This document shows positions 30,829 through 39,921 of a stretch of DNA of 64,000 bases, one piece after another. Made by a program: the position numbers and the translations under genes. How positions within the stretch are numbered: the stretch's first letter is position 1; each line of letters starts with the position of its first letter. The notes under the pieces are model-generated. The model had not been told where the DNA came from and searched no databases. It saw nothing but the letters and a program-made list of their open reading frames with translations. This DNA comes from Promethearchaeia archaeon (GTDB taxonomy: Archaea; Asgardarchaeota; Lokiarchaeia; Sigyniarchaeales; SOKP01). The stretch spans positions 1-64,000 of the forward strand of contig JAWOCD010000120.1 in NCBI GenBank assembly GCA_046483985.1, read 5' to 3'.

Positions 30829-32052
30829 ATGAAAGAAAGATCAGAATTTTTTAGCAAAGAATTAACCGATGAGGAACGAGAACTTTATGATCGCCAATTT
30901 CGATTAGAAGGGTGGTCTCAAAAGATAGTAAAAAACTCCCGTATTCTTATAATTGGGGTTGGAGGGCTTGGATGTGAAATTGCTAAAAACTTGGCTATGT
31001 TAGGGGTAGGTCATTTAGATTTAGTAGATTTAGATATCATTGAACATTCCAACTTAAATCGCCAGTTATTATTTGCAGGTGCTGAAATGGGAGCTCCAAA
31101 AGCTTTAGTGGGCGCCGAAAGACTTTCAGAAATAAACCCAAACATCGAGATTAAAGGATATCATACTTCACTCGAACAAGTTAATCCCATTTTATATAAA
31201 AAAGCAGATGTGGTGATTGGGGGGCTCGATTCGATGAATGCCCGCCTTAATCTTAACGCTCAATGTATTAGATTTAAAAAACCTCTAGTTGATGGGGGTG
31301 TTTCTGGTTATTACGGACACACCTATACCGTTTTTCCCTACGAAAATGCGTGTTACGAGTGTAACCCGCTACCAGTTGGAGAAAGTGAGGAAATGGCCGC
31401 CTGTACGGTGGTTGGAATTCCCAGAAAACGGATCCATTGTGTATTTAAGGGAAGCATGGCTTTTGAGGAAGAATTTGACAGAGAACCTAATCCTCAAAAT
31501 CTTGAGGATATGAAATTTATTAAGCAAAAAGCAAATGAATTAGTGGAAAAACATGATTTTTACCCTTATTATACGGAATCTGATATCGTGCAAATTATAG
31601 ACAGACATGATCCCGGTATTATAACGATAAACGCAGCAATATCGGCATTCCAATCCCATGAGGCTATGAAAATCCTACATTGGAATAGCGGAAATAAAGG
31701 ATTAGGAGAGCCCGTAAAAACTTATGTGATCTTTAACGCGGTCACTATGAAAATTTACCATATTGAAAAGAATAGAAACCCTGATTGTTTGCAATGCGGC
31801 GAACATGTACGAAGAGTCTCGGTCAAAATGAAAAAGGACTATCCTTGTTCTCGGATAGTTGATATACTTGAGCAAAATGGATTTCAAGTGGATCCTGAGT
31901 TTGAGCCAACCTTGACCGTGATGGATTTCAACAATATTAAGGTAGTTGACTTGGACAAAACTCCCCAAGAAAATGAATTAAGAAATTATGAACTTATCAC
32001 AGCTGCGGGATTCAGAGAGGGAGAAATATTTGTTACGCTAAAATTACATTAA
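30829..32052 (+). CDS. Ubiquitin-like activating enzyme E1 (UBA3/UBA2-like)
   Basis: YDRQ, GVGGLG, SNLNRQ, CYEC/CLQC Zn pairs, catalytic ACTVVGIPRKRIHC, C-terminal UFD-like extension. Confidence 0.93.
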   Translation: MKERSEFFSKELTDEERELYDRQFRLEGWSQKIVKNSRILIIGVGGLGCEIAKNLAMLGVGHLDLVDLDIIEHSNLNRQLLFAGAEMGAPKALVGAERLSEINPNIEIKGYHTSLEQVNPILYKKADVVIGGLDSMNARLNLNAQCIRFKKPLVDGGVSGYYGHTYTVFPYENACYECNPLPVGESEEMAACTVVGIPRKRIHCVFKGSMAFEEEFDREPNPQNLEDMKFIKQKANELVEKHDFYPYYTESDIVQIIDRHDPGIITINAAISAFQSHEAMKILHWNSGNKGLGEPVKTYVIFNAVTMKIYHIEKNRNPDCLQCGEHVRRVSVKMKKDYPCSRIVDILEQNGFQVDPEFEPTLTVMDFNNIKVVDLDKTPQENELRNYELITAAGFREGEIFVTLKLH

Positions 32053-32140
32053 AAATAAACAAACAAATAAACTAAATTTATTTATATGTTAAGTTTCTTT
32101 AATTATTAAAGGAAATAGAAATAAACTAAAGGATTGAGTT

Positions 32141-32668
32141 ATGAGTGTAAGAAGTAGTAGGATTAGTCAAGATTTTGCAGCCTTAAAAAAGCTTAAAAAG
32201 AAAGGGGAAATTTTACAATTAAAACCCTTTAACCCTAAAAAGAAGAGTATTGATCATTTAGCGATTTTAATTAAGGGACCCGAAGGAACCCCTTATGAGA
32301 AGGGGATTTTTAAGATTGAAATGAAATTCCCCCCTCAATATCCAAAACGACCGCCCTTTGTTCGTATGCACACGCCAATCTGGCATCCCAATTTCTGGCC
32401 TAAACCAGGCGAATACAAAGGACAGCGAAATATTTGTTTGGCTCTCGTAGATCCAAGTTTAATAGGAAAGAAAGGTGGGTGGAGCCCTTCAAAAACCGCA
32501 GTAACCGTAATTCAATCAATAAAAGCAATGTTGGATACTCGCGGAAAATATGTTAACCCCATGGATGTATTTAATAAGAAAGCTGCTCTAGAAATGATGA
32601 AAAAACCGAAGCGTTTTGAGAAAAAAGTAAAACATTTAGTTAAGAAATACGCAAATAAAAAATGGTGA
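32141..32668 (+). CDS. Ubiquitin-conjugating enzyme E2
   Basis: GPEGTPYEKG, FPPQYPKRPP, WHPNF...ICL (catalytic Cys), WSP. Confidence 0.95.
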   Translation: MSVRSSRISQDFAALKKLKKKGEILQLKPFNPKKKSIDHLAILIKGPEGTPYEKGIFKIEMKFPPQYPKRPPFVRMHTPIWHPNFWPKPGEYKGQRNICLALVDPSLIGKKGGWSPSKTAVTVIQSIKAMLDTRGKYVNPMDVFNKKAALEMMKKPKRFEKKVKHLVKKYANKKW

Positions 32669-33465
32669 AATATTTAATGCCCGATGCTCCAGAAGATACA
32701 GAAAAAATTAAAAAGGAAATAAAAGAAAAAATAAAAGGCAAACTTAAAAAACAGATAAAGAAAGAGCTTATGGACGAGATTTATCAAGAGCTCTTAAGTG
32801 AAGAAGAAGAAATTGCGGGTGATATTTCTTCTCATTTCAGTAAATCAAGTGAAACAAAGCAAAAAGAACAGAAATTAGAAGCCCCCAAACCAAAGAGAAA
32901 ATCTGCGAAAACATTGATCACGGTGAAAGCAGTATTGAAGATTGCGAGTCATTCATTAAAATATGCCAATGAAAAAATCCCAAAGGATGAATGGGTGGAA
33001 GTAATTGGGTTACTTGCAGGTAAGATCAATAATGAGAATGTTTTGGTTATCGAAGATGTTTATCCGATGGGGCATGGGTCTGCAGTGAATGCTGAAATAA
33101 AGGATTATAATAATTACATCAAGGCGTTTAAAGATATTAAAAAAAATAACCTTTTTATTTGCGGATGGTATCATTCTCACCCTTCCTATGGGTGTTTTAT
33201 GAGCGATGAGGATATGGGGACTCAAAAACGATATCAAAAATTATGGAAAAAGGCTCTTGCACTAGTAATTGACCCTTATGAAATAGACGGAACTTCCTAT
33301 GGTTTTCAAATTTTCAGAGCTAATCTGAGAAAGAATAAATGGTACCCCGTTTCTTATGATATTAAAGGATCTCTTGACCCAAAAACCCTACCGCAATTGG
33401 TCGATTTTATCAATCCAATTGTAGACGGAAAAGCAATTTATTTAGAGTATGATGAGAAAGAATAA
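32662..33465 (+). CDS. JAMM/MPN+ metalloprotease (Rpn11/CSN5-like)
   Basis: EVIGLL, WYHSHPSYGCFMSDED, VIDP; overlaps the E2 stop codon. Confidence 0.93.
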   Translation: MVKYLMPDAPEDTEKIKKEIKEKIKGKLKKQIKKELMDEIYQELLSEEEEIAGDISSHFSKSSETKQKEQKLEAPKPKRKSAKTLITVKAVLKIASHSLKYANEKIPKDEWVEVIGLLAGKINNENVLVIEDVYPMGHGSAVNAEIKDYNNYIKAFKDIKKNNLFICGWYHSHPSYGCFMSDEDMGTQKRYQKLWKKALALVIDPYEIDGTSYGFQIFRANLRKNKWYPVSYDIKGSLDPKTLPQLVDFINPIVDGKAIYLEYDEKE

Positions 33466-33492
33466 GCAAGTTATGAACTTTCCTACTCATCT

Positions 33493-34659
33493 ATGGTGAT
33501 ATTATTGATAAGAAATCGTAATTATCTTTATCTTTTTGGAATATTTGTGATTATTGGGCTGATTCATGCCCTTATAAGGTATTCTGCTCTTATTTTTTTA
33601 ACTTGGATGTTAATGGGGATATGGAGCGCATTTACAGTAAAATTATTTGAAAATATTAAATTATCGCGAGAACTAAATTCACCTAAAAATACCGAATTTT
33701 TTATTCTCTTCCCCATTTTTATCGGATTTTTTTTTCTCTTTTGGGGTCATTATACCCCTTTTCTAAATCAAAATATTTTCGGCAATAGTAATTTGTACCT
33801 TAGCCCTTGGATATTGATCTTTTCTTTACCATATCTGCTTTATTCTCTCTTTTCCCTCTTTTTATGCTTTCGAAATTATGATTTTGTCTATATTGGGAGC
33901 AAACCCTTTGAAGCAAATAAATTTGCGTTGTTTTTATCCATTTTGTGGATAATTTTTGGCCTTTTTTCATCTGTTTTTATTGAGGTGGGATATGGCATAA
34001 TGGAAGGGGTCTTTTCATTTACCGTTACAAATTTCTTTTTTGATTCATTTATTTTAGTCTTAACTGTAATCTCGGGATTATTATTAATATACGGACTTGC
34101 GAAACTACGAGGTCCATTACCTGAAATTAATCAAGAGATTATCGCAAGGAGAAGGAATCGGATTTCCCGTATACAAAATGAGCAGCCTAGAACCATCCAA
34201 AATACGAGAACCCGTTCCCGGGCCTCTTCGAGGAGGAGTACTCCAACTGGAAGTTCTGCTCGAACAAGTAGAACAAGTAGAACAAGTAGATCTCGATCAC
34301 GAAGAAAACGTAAGAAGAAAAAGAAGAGGAGGGCACCATCAAGAAAAACCACTAAAACCACTAAAACTATAAAATTAGGACAACTTAAACCCCGAACGGG
34401 AAATTTAAGCCTTGATGATTTTAAATGCATTCATTGCTTTCGCCTTCCAGAGTTAAAGAAAGACAAGGATAGGGGGATTGTTGTGTGCCCTCATTGTAGG
34501 TTCCCCTCCCATGCCGATGAGTTTAGAGAATGGTTGCGTAATTCAACATTATGTTCACGTTGCGATACTCCATTACCGAAATCATATGTCAGAAATCCTC
34601 CTATTATTCCCGTAGATGTTTATCTTAAGGCTATGAAGAAATTACTTAAGAGAAAATAA
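33493..34659 (+). CDS. Multi-pass membrane protein with a C-terminal RING-like domain (putative E3)
   Basis: About 6 TM helices, R/S/K-rich linker, C-x2-C-x16-C-x2-C-x4-H-x2-E-x3-W-x6-C-x2-C. Confidence 0.75.
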   Translation: MVILLIRNRNYLYLFGIFVIIGLIHALIRYSALIFLTWMLMGIWSAFTVKLFENIKLSRELNSPKNTEFFILFPIFIGFFFLFWGHYTPFLNQNIFGNSNLYLSPWILIFSLPYLLYSLFSLFLCFRNYDFVYIGSKPFEANKFALFLSILWIIFGLFSSVFIEVGYGIMEGVFSFTVTNFFFDSFILVLTVISGLLLIYGLAKLRGPLPEINQEIIARRRNRISRIQNEQPRTIQNTRTRSRASSRRSTPTGSSARTSRTSRTSRSRSRRKRKKKKKRRAPSRKTTKTTKTIKLGQLKPRTGNLSLDDFKCIHCFRLPELKKDKDRGIVVCPHCRFPSHADEFREWLRNSTLCSRCDTPLPKSYVRNPPIIPVDVYLKAMKKLLKRK

Positions 34660-34701
34660 AAATAAAATTTTGCCATAAAATTATATTAAGATGGTGAGAG
34701 A

Positions 34702-35469
34702 ATGGCTGAAATTAGAAAAGAGAAAGATGAAAAACCCTTAATAATAAAAAAAGAATATCATTGTTCTGTATGTCAAACAACGCATACGATAGAAATTCCA
34801 AGCAATTTAGCAGAAAGTAGAAAAAAATATCCATTTCCGTATGTATTTATTCATTCTAGCGAAGATGATAAAAATGATATAGTATCTATGCTCTATTTTG
34901 ACAAGAATTTAAAAATCCGAGGGTCAGAAGCCGTTAAGCTGGAGCAGAGTAATCTCGTTTCAAAGAATCTCACCAAACAACTTGTGAGCAAACTGACTAA
35001 TATTATCATGGACTTGGAAGAAGAAAACTTCCAACTTAAAAACCTCTTAAATTCTCCTCATATTGAAGAAATAATAAGGGAAGAGAGTAGAAATTTGAAG
35101 AAATCACTATTGGGGGAGTATAAGAAGAGGAAAAAACGCCAAAAACCCCAGGGATCGCATCATCGCAAAAAGAAAGTAAAGCCTAAAGTTCCAAAGAAGG
35201 ATACTTCAAGGGAAATATTCGTCTATTTTACCTCTACCGTTGGTCCAGAGGAACAGACAAAAAGACTAATCATTGATAAAACCATTACTATTGCAAAACA
35301 AAAGAGAAAAATCGGAAAGATTTTTGGGTTAATCCCTGCAAACTTTCATTTAGCTTCTGGGGGTCTTAGCTTAAAGGAAACCCGTACCTTACAATCTTAT
35401 AATATCTCACCTAATGATGAAATCTTGATAATCCCCTCAAGCACCGCAGGGGCATTTTATTTTGGGTAA
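34702..35469 (+). CDS. Zn-finger - coiled coil - Ubl fusion; ends IPSSTAG-AFYFG
   Basis: CSVC..H, YPFPYVFIH, IRGSE; C-terminal domain clearly homologous to 30368..30763. Confidence 0.82.
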   Translation: MAEIRKEKDEKPLIIKKEYHCSVCQTTHTIEIPSNLAESRKKYPFPYVFIHSSEDDKNDIVSMLYFDKNLKIRGSEAVKLEQSNLVSKNLTKQLVSKLTNIIMDLEEENFQLKNLLNSPHIEEIIREESRNLKKSLLGEYKKRKKRQKPQGSHHRKKKVKPKVPKKDTSREIFVYFTSTVGPEEQTKRLIIDKTITIAKQKRKIGKIFGLIPANFHLASGGLSLKETRTLQSYNISPNDEILIIPSSTAGAFYFG

Positions 35470-35480
35470 AACCTCTTTCC

Positions 35481-35513
35481 TGAACTACCGCGCTCTAATG
35501 AGTTATGGATTCG
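35481..35513 (-). mobile_element. Degenerate IS200/IS605-like right-end remnant
   Basis: Minus strand reads ...cattagagcgcggtagttca, like the copies at 37566 and 47671. Confidence 0.4.
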
Positions 35514-35763
35514 TATTCCGTTGCAAACTGCTCGCCTAAGTACAGAGGATTACAGTAACTTCAAACGCTAACATTTCAGGGCTTGCGGTTACAAGATGAA
35601 CTTGGTTATCGTCCATCAATATTTTTATAGTATTATGCGTTTATAGATGTATGTGAAGGGAGAAAAATAAATTATGGTTTTAATTCAATTTAACCTAGAA
35701 AAAATTATAAAGATATAAAATAACTTAAAATTATACTACTTAAATTTCTGTTGTGGTTAAAGA

Positions 35764-36657
35764 ATGTCCGAAAAGAAAAAAGAAAGGAGAGAAACCCCTT
35801 CAACAGTAAGGAAGATATATCATTGTCCCGTGTGTAAAACGAATCATACGATCAAGCTTCCCAGTAATTTATCTGAAGACCGAAAGAAATATCCTTTTCC
35901 CTATGTTTTTATCCACTCCAGTGAGGATAATAAACATGACATTGTATCAATGCTTTATATTGATAAACACTTGCAAATACGCGGGTCAGAGGCCGTTAAA
36001 CTGGAAAATAGTAATTTAGTTTCAGAGGATGTTTCCAAACAAGTTGTAAATAAATTAACGAATATTATTATGGATCTGGAAGATGAGAACTTTAAACTTA
36101 AGAGTCTCGTTCAATCTCAAAATATTGAAGACATGATAAAAGAAGAAACCAAAAATTTAAAGGAAGCCTTGTTAGGTCCTGATAAGAAGAAGTCCAAAAC
36201 CGAAGAACGTGGAGAGAGTAAACCTCTTTCTTTTGAAGTTAAAGATACTCAAAATCAGCAGAATATGACGTTTCAGGAGAACCTAGATTCTATACCGAAA
36301 CCGGAGCATCCAAAAGAAAAAGAAATCAATTCAAAAACATCTGAAGATAGTTCCGCGGTCCATTCAAAAACCCCCCAGGAAGTCAAAGCCGAGAAAATTG
36401 CAGTCTATTTTGCATCTACTATCGGTCCCGAGAAAAAAAAACAAAAGCTGGCTGTTAACAAGACCGTACCAGTAAAGGAACTAAAAAAAACGGTAGGAGA
36501 GATTTACGGGTTAATCACGGCAAATTTTCACTTATCTGCCGGTGGCCTTACCTTAGATGAAAATCGCACTCTCAACTTTTATAATCTGTCTCATAATGAT
36601 GAAATTTTAATAATTCCCTCAAGTACTGCGGGAATTCATTCAATAACTTCCAGATAA
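35764..36657 (+). CDS. Zn-finger - coiled coil - Ubl fusion; ends IPSSTAG-IHSITSR
   Basis: Close paralog of 34702..35469 with the same Ubl C-domain. Confidence 0.82.
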   Translation: MSEKKKERRETPSTVRKIYHCPVCKTNHTIKLPSNLSEDRKKYPFPYVFIHSSEDNKHDIVSMLYIDKHLQIRGSEAVKLENSNLVSEDVSKQVVNKLTNIIMDLEDENFKLKSLVQSQNIEDMIKEETKNLKEALLGPDKKKSKTEERGESKPLSFEVKDTQNQQNMTFQENLDSIPKPEHPKEKEINSKTSEDSSAVHSKTPQEVKAEKIAVYFASTIGPEKKKQKLAVNKTVPVKELKKTVGEIYGLITANFHLSAGGLTLDENRTLNFYNLSHNDEILIIPSSTAGIHSITSR

Positions 36658-36802
36658 TTTTATCTGTTTTCTTTTTCTCCTTTTTTTCCCTTATATTCCT
36701 TAATAATTGTCAAAATATACAAACCTAATCCGTAAAAAATTAGTATAATCAATTATTTTGTTAATTATAAAACTCTTGTTTCTCCCCGTTTAAGTGAAAA
36801 AA

Positions 36803-37534
36803 ATGACAAAGGATGCTGAGGTTATAGAGGAAGTATTAGAATTGAGGGAAAATGCGGAATATAAAAAGGCGTATCAGAAAATCAGTAAGCTCTATGAACA
36901 AAATAAAAAATCGTCAGAAGTTAAACAAACATATATTGATACATTATTTGCTTATGCCTTTTATTTGAGTGATGATTGCGTTTTGCAATTTGAAAAGGCA
37001 GCAGAATGCCTTAAAGAAATTCTACAGTTAGATCCCGAAAATTACCGTGCTTATTACAATTTAGGAATAACTTATTATGATATGGACAAAACTGAAAAAG
37101 CTCTTAAGATGTATAATGAAGCGTTAAAGCTTAAGCCGGATAATAAATACGTTCATTATAATATTGGAATAATCTATGAGGATAAGAATCAATTTAAGAA
37201 AGCGCTCAAATATTATAGACGCGCGATAAATCTTGATAAGGATTTTTTATACGCAAAACAAGCAAAACATTCGTTAGAACGGTATATTGAAAACAATCCA
37301 GAGAGCATAAAATCCGAACGACATCCTGAAAAACTTAAACGCCTTAAATCCTTATTTCGCGTTTCTAATAAGGTGAGGCTCGACGATATTCAAGAAATCA
37401 TAAATTTTAGTCGAGAAAAAACACTTGATTTAGTGGTAGATTGGGCAGAAGATTATGGGTTGCATATTAATGGAGATTTCTTGGTTTTAAATGAAAGAAG
37501 TAAATCGGCTTTTCTTAAAAATTTAGAAATCTAG
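36803..37534 (+). CDS. TPR protein with a C-terminal wHTH/PCI-like domain
   Basis: AYYNLG...ALK.KP and HYNIG...YYRRAI TPR repeats; C-terminal VRLDDIQEII...INGDFL. Confidence 0.8.
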   Translation: MTKDAEVIEEVLELRENAEYKKAYQKISKLYEQNKKSSEVKQTYIDTLFAYAFYLSDDCVLQFEKAAECLKEILQLDPENYRAYYNLGITYYDMDKTEKALKMYNEALKLKPDNKYVHYNIGIIYEDKNQFKKALKYYRRAINLDKDFLYAKQAKHSLERYIENNPESIKSERHPEKLKRLKSLFRVSNKVRLDDIQEIINFSREKTLDLVVDWAEDYGLHINGDFLVLNERSKSAFLKNLEI

Positions 37535-37565
37535 AATTTTTTATTGTTTAGGATTACTTAGTCTT

Positions 37566-37934
37566 TGAACTACTCACGCTTGACGGCATGATGTAGTCGT
37601 TATCAATACGATACCAGTCGTTTCGACAAATAATCTGCTCAGTCCCTTAGCTCGGAGGATAGAGCTTACGGTGCTTTAAGACGTGTTATTGCTCTGTAGA
37701 GGCTGAAACTTCTTTATCCTTATCAAAAAAGGGTTGTCTCCTGTAATAATTAACTAAGTTCCAGATAGCACCTCTTCTGACCAACATCGCCTTTAGAATC
37801 CGCTGTTGTGGTTTATTTGGTTTCAATTCTATAGTATTAGTGCGAAGCATAGAGAATCTTTTGGTTAATGTGGTTCTTAGGCTAAAATTAGGGCAAAATT
37901 CATCCTCGCCCTAAAGACGGGGTATTCTTTTGCC
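37566..37934 (-). mobile_element. Non-autonomous IS200/IS605-like element (~370 bp)
   Basis: Hairpin GGCAAAA..CCTCGCCCTAAAGACGGGG..TTTTGCC at one end, hairpin plus GTAGTTCA at the other; no ORF. Confidence 0.6.
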
Positions 37935-38045
37935 TTTAATAAAAAAATGAGAGGTAATGTTCTTTTTGAATAATATTTAAATATGAGCTATGTAATAAAT
38001 AGTATTACCAATTAAATATGTAAAGTATTAAAGAGGTTAAAAAAT

Positions 38046-38252
38046 ATGGGAGTATACAAAAGCGTTGAGCTAGTAGGTACCAGTGAAGAGAATTGGGCTA
38101 CCGCAGTTAAAAATGCTTATAATGAAGCCACAAAGACACTTCGCGGTATCCGTAATATTACAATCCTTCAATCGGATGTAAAGGTAAAAGAAGATGAGGA
38201 TCTGTTAATTTATCGCGTCCGATGTCAGGTCAATTTTGAAATTGAAAAATAA
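38046..38252 (+). CDS. Dodecin-family protein
   Basis: VYKSVELVGTSEENWATAVKNA...YRV...VNF. Confidence 0.88.
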   Translation: MGVYKSVELVGTSEENWATAVKNAYNEATKTLRGIRNITILQSDVKVKEDEDLLIYRVRCQVNFEIEK

Positions 38253-38406
38253 ATTCGTAATTTTAACTATTTTAATATAATTTCTCTTTCTTTTTTTTAT
38301 CCTCCTTTCTTATTCAAATTAACCTCTAAAAATTAATGGTAGGAAGAAAAGGAAAAATAAAAAAAATAGGTAGTTAAGAGAATCTCTAAATTAATAAAAT
38401 CGCTGA

Positions 38407-39738
38407 TTATGCATCAGGGTTCTCTAAAAGAACTGCGACTCCTTGGCCGCCCCCACAGCACGCATTTGCTAACCCGTATTTTGCTCCTTTATCTCTTAAA
38501 ATACGTGCTAAGGTACCAGGAAGTCGAATCATTGTGGCGCCCAACGGATGGCCGATTGCCGTACTTCCGCCCATTACATTAACTTTTTCCATTGGAATAT
38601 CAAACTTATCCATACAATTGAGAGCAACAACGCAGAATGCTTCATTAATTTCCCAGTAGTCAATATCATCCGCTTCCATACCTGCATTTTCTAATGCCAT
38701 TTTTGTAGCAGGAACCGGTCCTCGACCCATCACGGATGGATCAACTGCTCCCCAGCCTACTGAGACGATTTTTGCAAGGGGTTCAAGCCCTCGCTTTTTT
38801 GCCTCTTCAGCTTCCATTAGTACGCATGCAGTTGCACCAGCATTGAGAGGAGAAGCATTACCAGGAGTAATAACTCCTTTTTTCGTACCTTCACGTTCTT
38901 TGTATCCGCTTCGACCACCAATGTCTTCGCCCTGAATGTTCTTCTCCAAATAGAAGGGTTTAGAAAGTCGTGGAAGTTGAGAAACTGTCTCTAAATCGGA
39001 CTTTCGAGCAGCCATATCCTTATTAATCATCTTTTCTTCATCGACGTTTCCTTCGGCGTGACCTTTAATTGGGATAATTTCACCGCCCCAAACGCCCGAA
39101 GTAAACCAATTCTTTTCCTGGCTTTCAATGGTCAGATTATGAGAACGTACACCGAGTTCATCCAAGTCCTCTTTGGTAAAAGTTGGAGTTTCTTGTTCGT
39201 AGAGCTTCTGAGCGGTTTGAATCATGTTAACTGTAGTCATAATGTCGTATTTAGGTCGGTACCATTTCGATTTCTTATTAATCATGTTCAAATTTGGCTT
39301 GATATGCTTGTTGTATTTGATGTTCATGGAAATTCGTGTCATATGTTCGAACCCTGCAGCGAGTACAACCTTACTGTTTCCGGTCATAATTTCCATCGCA
39401 CCGTTAGACATAGCAGTTCCCGCGGAACCACATTGCCGTTCACAGAAATAAGCTGGTGTATCAACGGGGAAATCCGCCAAAAAGATGGGTAATCTGCCTC
39501 CATAGGTCCAATTTTCATGAACCGGAAGAGCACAAGCCATGATAACTTGGTCTATTTGTTCTTTGGTGATGCCTTTATCATTTAATTTTTGATCAAAAAA
39601 TTTCATTAATAAAGTCGCGGTTAATTCATCACCACGAATTTCGCCGAATACATCTCTTTCTGGCTTTCCCGGGCGAGAGCGGGAAAAGGGAGTACGAGCA
39701 TAATCAATCAGCCAAACTTCTTTTAATTCTTTTGCCAT
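38407..39738 (-). CDS. Acetyl-CoA C-acyltransferase (thiolase)
   Basis: RQCGS, NEAF, GHPLGA, CCGGGQG. Confidence 0.95.
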   Translation of the reverse strand: MAKELKEVWLIDYARTPFSRSRPGKPERDVFGEIRGDELTATLLMKFFDQKLNDKGITKEQIDQVIMACALPVHENWTYGGRLPIFLADFPVDTPAYFCERQCGSAGTAMSNGAMEIMTGNSKVVLAAGFEHMTRISMNIKYNKHIKPNLNMINKKSKWYRPKYDIMTTVNMIQTAQKLYEQETPTFTKEDLDELGVRSHNLTIESQEKNWFTSGVWGGEIIPIKGHAEGNVDEEKMINKDMAARKSDLETVSQLPRLSKPFYLEKNIQGEDIGGRSGYKEREGTKKGVITPGNASPLNAGATACVLMEAEEAKKRGLEPLAKIVSVGWGAVDPSVMGRGPVPATKMALENAGMEADDIDYWEINEAFCVVALNCMDKFDIPMEKVNVMGGSTAIGHPLGATMIRLPGTLARILRDKGAKYGLANACCGGGQGVAVLLENPDA

Positions 39739-39808
39739 TTTATATTTCACTTTTTAAATAATTTTTTTACGTTTGTAAGTTAGATTAATAAAACAAATTA
39801 TAAAAAAT

Positions 39809-39866
39809 ATTTTGAAATTTGATAAATTTCATTTTGAATTTGATAAATCTCATTTTGAATTTGAAA
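39809..39866. repeat. 21-bp tandem repeat (~2.7 copies) in a divergent promoter region
   Basis: attttgaa(a)tttgataaat(t/c)tc units; the first contains the palindrome gaaattt-gat-aaatttc. Confidence 0.6.
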
Positions 39867-39921
39867 AGATTTAGGTAAGCAAATATTAGAATTTTTATTT
39901 CTGAAATTCTTTACCTTAAGT

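Noticed and set aside
34261-34292. 9-bp repeat encoding RTS x3 in the E3 linker
   Set aside because: Ordinary slippage in a disordered linker
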